Under the pieces are notes generated by a model that was not told the DNA's origin, ran no database searches, and was given only the letters and a program-made list of their open reading frames with translations. 64,000 nucleotides of DNA, from positions 84,986-148,985 of the forward strand of contig CACODT010000001.1 of assembly GCA_902626065.1 (NCBI GenBank). The letters run 5' to 3'. Within the stretch, counting starts at the first letter, position 1. Every line of letters starts with the position of its first letter. This DNA is from an uncultured Candidatus Actinomarina sp. (GTDB lineage: Bacteria > Actinomycetota > Acidimicrobiia > Actinomarinales > Actinomarinaceae). The translations under genes were made by a program, and so were the position numbers. This document shows positions 1 to 10,041 of this stretch, piece by piece.

Positions 1-3000
1 CCTTCTGGAGAATTTACTTCTAATTCAACTTTAGAATTTCCGGGATATTTTTGTAAAAGCTCTTTAAGAAGTAAAAGATTTTGTTTATCTAAAGTTTCTT
101 CTTCAACTGATATCCTCATTGGAGTTGTGTCCATATCATTCAACATCTTTGATGGTTCTATTAAAATTAAATCTCTAGCTCTTATAATATTTTCCGATCC
201 TCCTACATAGCTACCTGTAACTTTTAAATAATTCTCACCATCAATTTCATTATTAAATTTTTCAACAAGCTTGTTAAACACAAGAACTCCTACCGTTCCA
301 CTTGTATCTTGTATATCAAATTGAATCCAAGCGTTTCCTCTTCTTGAGACTCTTTTTTGTACATTTGAAAATAAACCAGAAATAACAACATTTACTTCTT
401 CTTCTTCTCCAAATTCTAGTAATTCAATAATTGAGTGAGAAGACTCTGATCTCAACACTTCACCATATCCATCTAGTGGATCCTCACTTACAAAAAAACC
501 GAGCATTTCTCTTTCTCTATCTAGGTACTCTTTTTTATCCCATTCAACATTTTGAATTAATGTCTCTTTATTACTCTGATCTTCAAAATCAAACAGTGAT
601 CCTTGTGCATTATTTTTATTCTGTTTAATGTCTTTTGCATCTTCAATCAAATCTGGAATTTTTTCAAAAATTCCTTTTCTTGGGAATCCAAATTTATCAA
701 AAGCACCACCTTGTACCAATGCTTCAATTCCTCGTTTATTTAATGATCTAGATTCAATACGTGAAAGGAAATTTTCAATACTTTCATAATTTGAATTTTC
801 TCTTTCTAATATAATTTTTTGTGCTGTGATATCCCCAACATTTCTAATTGCGGATAAACCAAATAATATCTCTCCATTATTTACTGAAAAGTCTTCTGAG
901 CTTAAATTAATATCCGGAGTATTTACTTTAACATTCATCTCTCTCGCTTCTGATAGAAATATTGCAGTTCTATCTTTATCCCTTTTTACAGCTGTTAAAC
1001 AGGCTGAAAGATACTCAGCTGGGTAATTTGCTTTCAAAAAAGCTGTTTGATATGCCAAAAGTGCATAAGGTACTGAATGACTTTTATTAAAACCATAACC
1101 TGCAAAATATGCAATCTGTTCAAAAAGCTCATCCGAAAATTGCTCTGAATATCCATTTTGTAAAGCACCCTCTGTAAATTTATTTCTTTGTTGCTCCATA
1201 ACTTTAGGGATTTTCTTTCCCATTGCTTTTCGCAAATCATCAGCTTCATCAAGTTCAAACCCTGAAATCCTTTGTGCAATTTGCATAACCTGCTCTTGAT
1301 ATAGAATTACTCCGTAAGTTTCTTCAAGTATTTCTTCAAGATCAGAATGGAGAAATTCTATTTCCTTTCTGCCTGTTGCCCTTTCTGCAAATTCTGTATG
1401 CATTCCAGCTCCAAGCGGTCCAGGCCTTATAAGAGCTACTAACGCGACTAAATCCTCGAATCTTTTTGGTTTTAGACTTCTTGCAATAGATTGAGCAACT
1501 CTACTCTCTAGCTGAAAAACACCCGTCATTTTTCCCTCAGAAAATAATTGAAAGGTGGGCTCGTCATCAAGAGGTAAATTATCAATATCTAATTTTTTGT
1601 CATTTATAAGCTCTATTGTTCTATCAATAATTGATAAGTTTCTTAGTCCTAGAAAATCCATCTTTAATAAGCCAAGCTTTTCAACGGTATGCATTTCATA
1701 TTGCGTAACAAGCTCTGCCCCTTCACCTTTTTGTTGAATTGGCAAAAAATTCGTAATTTTTTCTGGAGAGATAACTACTGCCGCAGCATGAATACCATCT
1801 TGTCTTCTCAATCCCTCTAGGCCCAGAGCGATATCAATTATTTTCTTAACTTCTTGATTTTCTTTATATTCTTTACGTAATTCAGATGATGCTGAGTAAA
1901 ACTCTTTACTGTAGCCATTTTGTGTTGTTTCATTTGAGTCTAGACATTCGCCTAAAGTTGCAGATACTCCAAGTATCATTGGAGGCATCAGCTTTGCTAC
2001 TTTATCTCCAGAAGAGAAAGGTAAGCCTAGTACTCTAGCGGCGTCCCTGATTGCCTGCTTTGCTTTGATTGTTGCAAAGGTGATTATATGTGCAACTCTA
2101 TCATCTCCATACTTTTTTGATACGTATTCAATCACGTCATTTCTATATCGTTCATCAAAGTCCATATCTATATCTGGCAACTCTTTTCTTCCTTTGTTTA
2201 AAAATCTTTCAAATAAAAGGCCGTACTTTAATGGTTCAATCCCAGTGATTCCTAAGCAATATGAGACGATTGATCCTGCAGCCGATCCCCTTCCTGCTCC
2301 AGTTCTTATACCTTTGGACTTTGCATAATTTATCAAGTCTCCAACAATTAAAAAGTAAGAAGCAAATCCCATCGATTCTATCACCTCTAACTCGTAATCA
2401 ATTCTCTCTTTAATTTCTGTGGTTAATTTATCGTAAAGATTGTTAGCACCAACATATACCTGTTCCTTTAAAAATTCGTCAATGCTTTTGTCTTTATCCT
2501 CCATTGGAAAATCTGGCAGATAGTAAGTATTTTTTCCAAACTCATAGTTTGCTCTGTCGAGTATTTTCAATGTGTTGTTGCATGCGTCTGGATAATCTTT
2601 ATCGGGAAACAAAGTCCGCATTTCCTTCGAAGATTTTAAATAATATCCCCCTCCATCGAACTTAAATCTATTTTCATCATCTAAAGTTGCATTTGTTTGC
2701 ACACATAATAAAGCATCATGTGCTGATGCTCCATCTTGTCGAACATAATGTGAATCATTAGTTGCAACTAAGGGTGCAGATAATTCTTGTGAAATTTTCA
2801 AAAGATCAGGAAGGATATCATCTTGCTGTTTTATCCCATGTTTATGAAGCTCAATAAAAAAATTCCCATTACCAAAAATTGATTGATAAAATTCTGCTTT
2901 TTTTAATGCATCGTCATAACTTCTTGTTTGACCCTGATTTCCCTCTTCTACTGATGCATCTGGAGCCAACAATTGTGCAATCTCTCCACCAAGACAACCT

Positions 3001-3410
3001 GATAATGCAATTATTCCCTCACTATATTTTTCCAATAATTCATAATCGATTCTAGGTTTGTAATAATAACCTTCGGTAAATGCCCTACTTGCCATTTCTA
3101 CAAGGTTCCAATATCCAACAGTATTTTCAGCTAATAAAGTAAGATGATATCTTTTGTTGTTAGCTCTATCAGGTCTTTCAAAGCGACTATCAGCTATTAC
3201 ATAGGCTTCATATCCAATGACTGGTTTTAAATCTTTTTTGATAGCTAAATCATGAAATTCGAGTGCACCATATAAATTACCATGGTCAGTAATTGCCGCT
3301 CCGGGTTGTTCCAGCTCAAGTATTCGATTTAAAAAAGGCTCAATTTTTGCTGCACCATCAAGCATTGAATATTCTGTATGAGCATGAAGATGAGCAAATG
3401 ATTTTTCCAT
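1..3410 (-). CDS. dnaE: DNA polymerase III alpha subunit (partial; C-terminal end lies beyond the window edge)
   Basis: My own minus-strand translation from ATG at 3408-3410 gives MEKSFAHLHAHTEYSMLDGAAKIEP, a PHP-domain N-terminus. Further in frame are VILYQEQVMQIAQ and FAGYGFNKSHS, both DnaE hallmarks. The frame stays open to position 1, which explains its absence from the ORF track. Confidence 0.9.
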   Translation of the reverse strand, partial: MEKSFAHLHAHTEYSMLDGAAKIEPFLNRILELEQPGAAITDHGNLYGALEFHDLAIKKDLKPVIGYEAYVIADSRFERPDRANNKRYHLTLLAENTVGYWNLVEMASRAFTEGYYYKPRIDYELLEKYSEGIIALSGCLGGEIAQLLAPDASVEEGNQGQTRSYDDALKKAEFYQSIFGNGNFFIELHKHGIKQQDDILPDLLKISQELSAPLVATNDSHYVRQDGASAHDALLCVQTNATLDDENRFKFDGGGYYLKSSKEMRTLFPDKDYPDACNNTLKILDRANYEFGKNTYYLPDFPMEDKDKSIDEFLKEQVYVGANNLYDKLTTEIKERIDYELEVIESMGFASYFLIVGDLINYAKSKGIRTGAGRGSAAGSIVSYCLGITGIEPLKYGLLFERFLNKGRKELPDIDMDFDERYRNDVIEYVSKKYGDDRVAHIITFATIKAKQAIRDAARVLGLPFSSGDKVAKLMPPMILGVSATLGECLDSNETTQNGYSKEFYSASSELRKEYKENQEVKKIIDIALGLEGLRRQDGIHAAAVVISPEKITNFLPIQQKGEGAELVTQYEMHTVEKLGLLKMDFLGLRNLSIIDRTIELINDKKLDIDNLPLDDEPTFQLFSEGKMTGVFQLESRVAQSIARSLKPKRFEDLVALVALIRPGPLGAGMHTEFAERATGRKEIEFLHSDLEEILEETYGVILYQEQVMQIAQRISGFELDEADDLRKAMGKKIPKVMEQQRNKFTEGALQNGYSEQFSDELFEQIAYFAGYGFNKSHSVPYALLAYQTAFLKANYPAEYLSACLTAVKRDKDRTAIFLSEAREMNVKVNTPDINLSSEDFSVNNGEILFGLSAIRNVGDITAQKIILERENSNYESIENFLSRIESRSLNKRGIEALVQGGAFDKFGFPRKGIFEKIPDLIEDAKDIKQNKNNAQGSLFDFEDQSNKETLIQNVEWDKKEYLDREREMLGFFVSEDPLDGYGEVLRSESSHSIIELLEFGEEEEVNVVISGLFSNVQKRVSRRGNAWIQFDIQDTSGTVGVLVFNKLVEKFNNEIDGENYLKVTGSYVGGSENIIRARDLILIEPSKMLNDMDTTPMRISVEEETLDKQNLLLLKELLQKYPGNSKVELEVNSPE

Positions 3411-3437
3411 AAATACATTTTAAATGATTTAATCAAA

Positions 3438-4040
3438 TTAAACATTTTGGAAAGTATTAAAAAAATTTGGTTCATCACATTCAAATTCATATTCATGTCC
3501 TAAAAATTTAAATTTTAACTTTTTAGAATGGAGACAAATCTGATTTTCATTTAATGTTGGTACTTTTTTTGCTCCGTACAATATATCATTTACTATCGGG
3601 TTGCCTATAAACTCCATCTGTGACCTAATTTGATGATTTCTTCCAGTTATTAATTCAATTTTTAATTTACTGTATTCATTGTTTTCGATAATTACTTCAA
3701 AATATGACCTTGAAAATTTACCTTCACTTGAAACTTGTCTTTTAATCCTATTTTTACTTGAGCGAGCTAATGGAACTTCAATTGTTCCGGATTGGGTTCT
3801 TAATTTTCCTTCAACCACACATATATATTCTTTATATACATTTCGATTTTTAAACAAGGATTGTAAGTCTTTAAAACTTTCTTCATTTAATGCACATACA
3901 ATTAAACCTGATGTTTGTTTGTCTAATCTATGGACAATGCCCTCTCTACCAGGGATACCCCACTCTTGAACTGAAGGTTCAATCTTTATTATTTGATCTC
4001 GAATTGTAAAGTTAGTATCGACTTTATCTGGATGGGTCAA
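3438..4040 (-). CDS. RluA-family pseudouridine synthase (no S4 domain); true N-terminus probably upstream of the called TTG
   Basis: HRLDKQTSGL catalytic-Asp motif and GRNHQIR motif. Sits in the lspA-pseudouridine synthase-dnaE position typical of Actinobacteria. The conserved FNKPNG segment lies in frame upstream of the called start (see finding). Confidence 0.8.
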   Translation of the reverse strand: MTHPDKVDTNFTIRDQIIKIEPSVQEWGIPGREGIVHRLDKQTSGLIVCALNEESFKDLQSLFKNRNVYKEYICVVEGKLRTQSGTIEVPLARSSKNRIKRQVSSEGKFSRSYFEVIIENNEYSKLKIELITGRNHQIRSQMEFIGNPIVNDILYGAKKVPTLNENQICLHSKKLKFKFLGHEYEFECDEPNFFNTFQNV

Positions 4041-4092
4041 AATCCCATTTGGTTTATTAAAAATAACAAAATTTTCATCTTGAAATACTGTC

Positions 4093-4569
4093 TTAATCTT
4101 TAAAATTTTTAAGCTCCGAAATTATCAAAAGTCCTATTCCAACACTAATAAATGAATCAGCAAAATTAAATGATGGTATAAATAATAGTTCTATAAAATC
4201 TGTGACTTTTCCGTTATTACCATTTAATAAATTTACAAGTCTTTCTCCTAAATTTCCAAAAGCACCACCCAAAACAAAAATAAAAGCATACTCTTCAATT
4301 TTATTTTTAAAATCATTTTTGAACTGATAAATTAACCAAATTAGTACTCCGAAAGATAGAAGAAATGTAAATTCTGCTTTATCTCTTAAAATACCAAATG
4401 CAATACCGGTATTAAAGTTCAAATCAAGTTCTAAAATATTTTCAATTACTACAACATCATCAATATCATAAAACCTAATCAAAGCTTTTGTAATATTGTC
4501 AAATATCCCTAAAACAATTGATATGGCAAACGGTGTTTTGTTTGATTTAAGAATCGATAAGAGCTGCAC
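4093..4569 (-). CDS. lspA: Lipoprotein signal peptidase II
   Basis: NTGIAFG and FNFADSFISVG motifs in a multi-TM protein. The ORF call extends to 4650, but its first ~27 codons overlap the dksA-like gene. GTG at 4567-4569 gives a typical N-terminus (MQLLSILKSNKTPFAISIVLG). Confidence 0.8.
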   Translation of the reverse strand: MQLLSILKSNKTPFAISIVLGIFDNITKALIRFYDIDDVVVIENILELDLNFNTGIAFGILRDKAEFTFLLSFGVLIWLIYQFKNDFKNKIEEYAFIFVLGGAFGNLGERLVNLLNGNNGKVTDFIELLFIPSFNFADSFISVGIGLLIISELKNFKD

Positions 4570-4924
4570 AGTCTTTACAATATGTCGAGTACGGAAGTGC
4601 TTCAAGTCTTGCAACTGGAATTGGTTTAGAACAACTTTCACAAATACCATATTTTTTCTTTTTGATAAGGACTAGCGCGTGCTCTATTTGGTTAAGTAAA
4701 TGTTTTGTGTTTTCATCTAATGTAAGTTCTTTTTCAAGCTCAAAAGCCATTGATCCACCATCAGCAGAGGAAGGATCTGGACTTCTTTCAGCTGAAGCTT
4801 CTGAAAGTCTTATTCTTTCTCTCTCTTCCTGATGTCTAACTAATAAACTCTTTAATTGCTCTTGCTCGGCAAGAAGCCTCTTCTTGAATTTATTAACAGT
4901 ATTTTGTGAAAGTTTTCTTGTCAT
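4547..4924 (-). CDS. DksA/TraR-family C4 zinc-finger protein
   Basis: C-terminal CESCSKPIPVARLEALPYSTYCKDCA (CxxC-N17-CxxC) after a charged coiled-coil-like N-terminal part. Confidence 0.75.
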   Translation of the reverse strand: MTRKLSQNTVNKFKKRLLAEQEQLKSLLVRHQEERERIRLSEASAERSPDPSSADGGSMAFELEKELTLDENTKHLLNQIEHALVLIKKKKYGICESCSKPIPVARLEALPYSTYCKDCAALIDS

Positions 4925-5036
4925 TTTTTTAGTTATTAATGAATGTATATTAGTAATAAATAAATTAAAAAAAAGAATTTTTAAATTATTTAAAAATAAA
5001 AGTCTTTTACTAAATAAACATTAAAATTCTAAGGAT

Positions 5037-8000
5037 ATGTTCAAAAGGATTGAAAATAATATAGATCTAGCTAAAAATGAGAATAAGATCTCAGATTACT
5101 GGCTTGAAATTGATGCTTTCCAAAAATCGTTAGATATTAGAAAGAGTTCTAAAATTTTTAGATTTTATGATGGTCCACCATTCCCAACAGGAAGTCCTCA
5201 CTACGGTAATTTATTAGCAGGAGTGATAAAAGATATCGTTCCAAGGTACTGGACTATGAGAGGATACTTTGTAGAGAGACGATTTGGATGGGATGTCCAT
5301 GGCTTACCAATAGAAATGGAAGTTCAAAAGCAACTTGGTTTAGAAGATCCTCAAGATATCGTTGAGTATGGTGTTGCTAAATTTAATGAGGCTTGTAGAA
5401 GTCAGGTTCAAACAAACACCGAAAATTGGGAAAAAATCACACGAAAAATTGGAAGATGGGTTGATTTTGAAAATGACTACAAAACTATGGATATTGGTTT
5501 TATGGAAAGTGTTTGGTGGGTTTTCAAAGAACTATTTGATAAAGATCTTATATACAAGGATTATAAAGTCTTACCTTACTCATGGGCAGCAGCAACACCT
5601 CTATCAAATTTTGAAGCAAATATGGACTATAGGGATGTTGAAGATCCCTCAATATTTTTTAAGCTGAAAGCTAGAGAAGATTTTAACAAAATTAAAAAAG
5701 ATGACTACTTCCTTGTTTGGACAACTACTCCATGGTGTATTCCCGGTAACCTAGCAATTGCAGTTGGAAAAGATATTGAGTACACAAGAGTAGAAATCGA
5801 AGGAAAATTCTATTGGATTGCAACGGATAGGTTGCATGAATTAGATGATTATGATTTAGAAACGGATACGTCTTCATTAGGTCAAGATTTAATTGGTGCA
5901 GAATACGTTCCTGCCTACACAGAATTTGAAGAAGAAAATATCGGTAAAGCATTTAGATTAATTCATAGTGATGACACAAACACAGATTCAGGATCTGGAT
6001 TAGTTTCACAAGCTCCAGCGTATGGGGAAAGCGATTTTTATTCTTTAAAAAATGCTGGCATCTCTGTAATTGTTGATCCAGTTACTTTGGCAGGAAAGTT
6101 TGATCAAACTATAAAAGGCTTGGAAGACATGTATGTTAAAGATGCTGACAATAAAATAATAGAGCAACTGAATGAACGAGATTTATTATTTAGTTCAAAA
6201 AGAGAAATGCATTCTTATCCTTTTTGCTGGAGAACAGGTACTCCTCTGATTTACAAAGCAATACCTACCTGGTTTGTTAACGTTGAAAAAATTAGTGCAC
6301 GAATGGTTGAGCTAAACGAAGAAACACACTGGGTTCCTGGTTTTATTGGTGAAAAACGATTTTCTAATTGGCTTGCAGACGCTAGGGATTGGGCAATAAG
6401 TAGAAACCGATATTGGGGTAGCTGTATACCAATATGGATAAATGATGATGATCCAGAAGACATCATTTGTATAGGCTCTATTGAAGAACTAGAAAAGTTA
6501 TCAGGGGTAAAAGCCAATGACCTACATAAGCATTTTATGGATGATATTAAAATTGAAATAAATAATAAAACTTACACACGAACACCTGAAGTATTAGATT
6601 GTTGGTTTGAATCGGGCTCAATGCCTTATGGTCAACAACATTATCCATTTGAAAATTCAAAAGATTTTATGGAAGGTTTTCCAGCGGATTTTATAGCTGA
6701 AGGATTAGATCAAACCCGTGGTTGGTTTTATACGCTGACTGTTCTATCAGTTGCTCTTTTTGACTCAGTAGCGTTCAAGAACTGTATTACAACAGGAATG
6801 ATCCTTGCCGAGGATGGAAGAAAAATGAGTAAAAGTTTAAAGAACTATCCAGACCCGGAAGAACTACTTAATAATTATGGTGGAGATAGTCTTAGAGCTT
6901 ACTTGATAAATTCACCTGTTGTTAGGGGTGAACCACTCAAATTTTCTGAAGAAGGTGTGAAACTAGTTACTCGTAACGTTATTCTTCCTCTGTGGAATAG
7001 CTTTTCATTTTTTTCTAACTATGCCAATGCAGACAATATCAGTAAAGAAGATTTGGATCGGGCTTCACCTGTTAGGGAAAGAACACTAATGGACCAATGG
7101 ATTATTTCAAGCCTTCAATCTTTAATCAAAACAGTTAATGAAAAAATGGAGAACTACTACCTCTACGAGGTAATTCCACCACTCATAGATTTTATCGATG
7201 AACTTACTAATTGGTATGTAAGAACTAATCGTAAGAGATTCTGGAAGGAAAAAGATTCCAATGATATTGATAAATTAAATGCTTTTAAAACATTGCATGA
7301 AGTTTTATTAGAATTCTCAAAAACTATGGCTCCTGTCTTACCATTTATTTGTGAAGAAATATATCAAGGATTAACAAATGAAGAAAACAAAAGCATACAC
7401 TTAGAAAATTATCCAGAAGCTGATCCAAACATAATTAATCAAGAATTGGAGGAACAAATCCAAATTGCAAAAGACATTATTAGAACCGCAAGAAATATCA
7501 GACTAAATTTAAATTTACCAAATAAACAACCTCTTAAAACTTTGTCTGTTATCACGAACAACGAACTTTTAATTAAAAACATAGAAGTAGTAAAAGGGAT
7601 TATTTTAGATGAGCTTAATATAAAAACCATCGAATATGTGAAGAGTGTTGATAAGTGGTACAAATTTGAATGTAAACCTAATTTCGCTGTTTTGGGACCA
7701 AGATTAGGTAGTGAGATTGGTAACTTTACGAAATATTTACAATCATTAAATCAAAGTGAAATAAAAGAAATTATTAATGAAGGAAAATTAAAGTATGATA
7801 AATTTGATATTCTTTTGTCAGAAATAGAATTAAGACTTGTTAAAGAAAATACGGCGAATAGCCATGAAATAGTTGATGAATTTAGTATTAATTTAGATAC
7901 AAACATAAGTGATGAATTATATTTTGAGAGAATATCAAGGGAAATTGTTTCAATTGTTCAAAATCAAAGAAAAGAAATGAAATTTGATATTACTGACAGG

Positions 8001-8168
8001 ATTCAATTAGAAATAGTTACAAATGACACTAGAGCAATTAAAAGTGTAGAATTGTTCAAAGATTATATTTCCAAAGAAACTCTTGCTACTGAATTCAAAG
8101 TTTCGAATATTCAAGGTTCAGATGATCTTCTTGATTTTAAATTAAATACAAATATTAGAAAAAACTAA
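5037..8168 (+). CDS. ileS: Isoleucine--tRNA ligase
   Basis: 1043 aa. HIGH-type motif PHYGN, KMSKS motif present, WCIPGN and WAISRNRYWG signatures of IleS. Confidence 0.95.
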   Translation: MFKRIENNIDLAKNENKISDYWLEIDAFQKSLDIRKSSKIFRFYDGPPFPTGSPHYGNLLAGVIKDIVPRYWTMRGYFVERRFGWDVHGLPIEMEVQKQLGLEDPQDIVEYGVAKFNEACRSQVQTNTENWEKITRKIGRWVDFENDYKTMDIGFMESVWWVFKELFDKDLIYKDYKVLPYSWAAATPLSNFEANMDYRDVEDPSIFFKLKAREDFNKIKKDDYFLVWTTTPWCIPGNLAIAVGKDIEYTRVEIEGKFYWIATDRLHELDDYDLETDTSSLGQDLIGAEYVPAYTEFEEENIGKAFRLIHSDDTNTDSGSGLVSQAPAYGESDFYSLKNAGISVIVDPVTLAGKFDQTIKGLEDMYVKDADNKIIEQLNERDLLFSSKREMHSYPFCWRTGTPLIYKAIPTWFVNVEKISARMVELNEETHWVPGFIGEKRFSNWLADARDWAISRNRYWGSCIPIWINDDDPEDIICIGSIEELEKLSGVKANDLHKHFMDDIKIEINNKTYTRTPEVLDCWFESGSMPYGQQHYPFENSKDFMEGFPADFIAEGLDQTRGWFYTLTVLSVALFDSVAFKNCITTGMILAEDGRKMSKSLKNYPDPEELLNNYGGDSLRAYLINSPVVRGEPLKFSEEGVKLVTRNVILPLWNSFSFFSNYANADNISKEDLDRASPVRERTLMDQWIISSLQSLIKTVNEKMENYYLYEVIPPLIDFIDELTNWYVRTNRKRFWKEKDSNDIDKLNAFKTLHEVLLEFSKTMAPVLPFICEEIYQGLTNEENKSIHLENYPEADPNIINQELEEQIQIAKDIIRTARNIRLNLNLPNKQPLKTLSVITNNELLIKNIEVVKGIILDELNIKTIEYVKSVDKWYKFECKPNFAVLGPRLGSEIGNFTKYLQSLNQSEIKEIINEGKLKYDKFDILLSEIELRLVKENTANSHEIVDEFSINLDTNISDELYFERISREIVSIVQNQRKEMKFDITDRIQLEIVTNDTRAIKSVELFKDYISKETLATEFKVSNIQGSDDLLDFKLNTNIRKN

Positions 8169-8431
8169 CAAACAAATCTGAGTATTACTGGTTGTATAAA
8201 GTTAATACCTAAAATCAATATTATTGGTGATAGGTCAATTCCAGCCATACCAATACGCAATGGACTTATTCTTGACCTTATTGGTTCTAATAATCTTCCA
8301 TAAAACCTGTCTAGTACCATTTTTATTTGTCCGATTGGATGATCACTAGGGACTTGTATCCAACTTAATATAATCCATAAAAAAAGCGAATAACTTAAGA
8401 GGCGAAATCCCAACAGAAATAAACTACACAT
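8165..8431 (-). CDS. YggT-family membrane protein
   Basis: 88-aa two-TM protein directly downstream of sepF, the conserved ftsZ-pgeF-yggS-sepF-yggT order. Confidence 0.7.
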   Translation of the reverse strand: MCSLFLLGFRLLSYSLFLWIILSWIQVPSDHPIGQIKMVLDRFYGRLLEPIRSRISPLRIGMAGIDLSPIILILGINFIQPVILRFVC

Positions 8432-8864
8432 TTATTTTATATAAGCCAAGAGTTTGTAGCCTTTCTCTTTCATCAGAAGGTAAAGACATATTTGATGGAA
8501 TGATTAAATAGACTCCATCCTTATGAATAATTCTCATTTTGGCATCACTAATAAATGCAATTCCTGTGATAAAATCAACAATTCTCTGTCTAACATTTTG
8601 ATCACTTATATCTCTTATATCTACGGCCACAATATATCCCTCTTTTATTGGTGGGCCAATAAGATGACTGTCATTAAATGACTTTAACACTTTTATTTCA
8701 ACTTCATCTTTGGGTTGGTGTATTTTCAAATCACCTGTGTAATCATCATTAGAAAACCTGTTTTCAGACGATGGCCTTACCGTCCTAGTATTATCAGTAA
8801 CAATTTCTTCTTCTAAGTAATCTGGTTGTTTTAAACCAATTGATATTAAAAATTTTTCAAACAT
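8424..8864 (-). CDS. sepF: Cell division protein SepF
   Basis: 146 aa with an N-terminal amphipathic MFEKFLISIGL and a C-terminal DUF552-like core (IVAVDIRDISDQNVRQRIVDFITG). Lies between yggS and yggT. Confidence 0.8.
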   Translation of the reverse strand: MFEKFLISIGLKQPDYLEEEIVTDNTRTVRPSSENRFSNDDYTGDLKIHQPKDEVEIKVLKSFNDSHLIGPPIKEGYIVAVDIRDISDQNVRQRIVDFITGIAFISDAKMRIIHKDGVYLIIPSNMSLPSDERERLQTLGLYKINV

Positions 8865-9478
8865 TATTTAAAAATCTTACTTCCTACTCGTATTATTGTA
8901 GCACCATAATCTAAAGCAATTTTGTAGTCATTTGACATTCCCATTGATAGAAAGCCATTGTATTCTTTAAAATTGCGTATAAGACGTTCATTAATTTTAC
9001 TCATTTTAAAAAATGATTCAGTAGGATCATTTTCAATACTTGGAATACACATTATTCCATTTGGGAAAAAATTAAAGCTTTCAAATTTATTGAAGAAACC
9101 ATCGACCTCATTAGTTTTTATTCCACTCTTTTTTGGATCATCGTCAATATTGATCTGAACATACGTCTCATGGTCGTTAAAATTTTGATTTATCAATTCA
9201 ATTTCTTTAGTTCTGGAAATTGTATGGATGCTTTTACAGTTTTTCATAATCTCTTTAATTTTTCTTGATTGCAACGGTGCTATAAAGTGTAAATTACAAT
9301 CTATTAAAAATTTCTTATGTTCAAGTATTTCACTCAATCGATTTTCACCAAAATCTCTAAAGCCACGATCATATACTTTTAAAATATCCTTAGAATTTTG
9401 ATCTTTAATAACTGGCAAAAGCTTCGCATCGTATTTATCTACAGTTTGAATTATTTTATTTAATTCATTTAAATCCAT
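8864..9478 (-). CDS. yggS: YggS-family pyridoxal-phosphate homeostasis protein
   Basis: FGENRLSE, HFIAPLQSRK and SMGMSNDY...IRVGSKIF motifs. Confidence 0.85.
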   Translation of the reverse strand: MDLNELNKIIQTVDKYDAKLLPVIKDQNSKDILKVYDRGFRDFGENRLSEILEHKKFLIDCNLHFIAPLQSRKIKEIMKNCKSIHTISRTKEIELINQNFNDHETYVQINIDDDPKKSGIKTNEVDGFFNKFESFNFFPNGIMCIPSIENDPTESFFKMSKINERLIRNFKEYNGFLSMGMSNDYKIALDYGATIIRVGSKIFK

Positions 9479-10041
9479 ACTAAAGTTCCTTGCCTTGAGG
9501 ATGTTTTGTCTCTCCTGTATGAATTATAGGATTCATTGTGTATGGTACATTCACTAGAAATTTCTATTTGCGTATTATTTTGCAAACAATAATTATAAAT
9601 TTCTCTACTTAAATCCAAATATAATTTTTTATCTTTTGTCATTGTATAGTTTGGAAACTTAACTTGTAAATCATTTTTAATTTCATAACAACAATTTTTA
9701 GCATGGGGACCAATGAAAACTTTCAATTGATTTTTATCAAAATGTTCTAATGCTTTATAAAAAATTTTATTTTCCAATCCTTTCCACCCTATATGTATAG
9801 CTCCAATTTTACTGTTGTCGATAAGCACTACAGGCATGCAATCAGCTGTAAAAACGACTAACTTTAAATTCTTCACACTTGTAATTAGGCCATCTGCATT
9901 GTAAATACCTTCTTTTTCAACTTCTATAACATTATTACTATGAGTTTGTTTCATAGATGCAACATTTGAATAGTCTAAAGTTACTTTTGCTTGATATTTG
10001 TTTTGAAAAGTTAAGTTAGGTATATTTTGTACGCTACTCAT
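9469..10041 (-). CDS. pgeF: YfiH/PgeF (DUF152, laccase-domain) protein
   Basis: HSNNVIEV, TADCMPVVL and HIGWKG motifs. Immediately downstream of ftsZ. Confidence 0.8.
   Translation of the reverse strand: MSSVQNIPNLTFQNKYQAKVTLDYSNVASMKQTHSNNVIEVEKEGIYNADGLITSVKNLKLVVFTADCMPVVLIDNSKIGAIHIGWKGLENKIFYKALEHFDKNQLKVFIGPHAKNCCYEIKNDLQVKFPNYTMTKDKKLYLDLSREIYNYCLQNNTQIEISSECTIHNESYNSYRRDKTSSRQGTLVWI

Noticed and set aside
4925-5036. A possible T-box or other leader upstream of ileS.
   Set aside because: The divergent spacer is only ~112 bp of almost pure A/T. It has no specifier or T-box-like conserved sequence and no terminator hairpin, so it is too short and too unstructured for a T-box.
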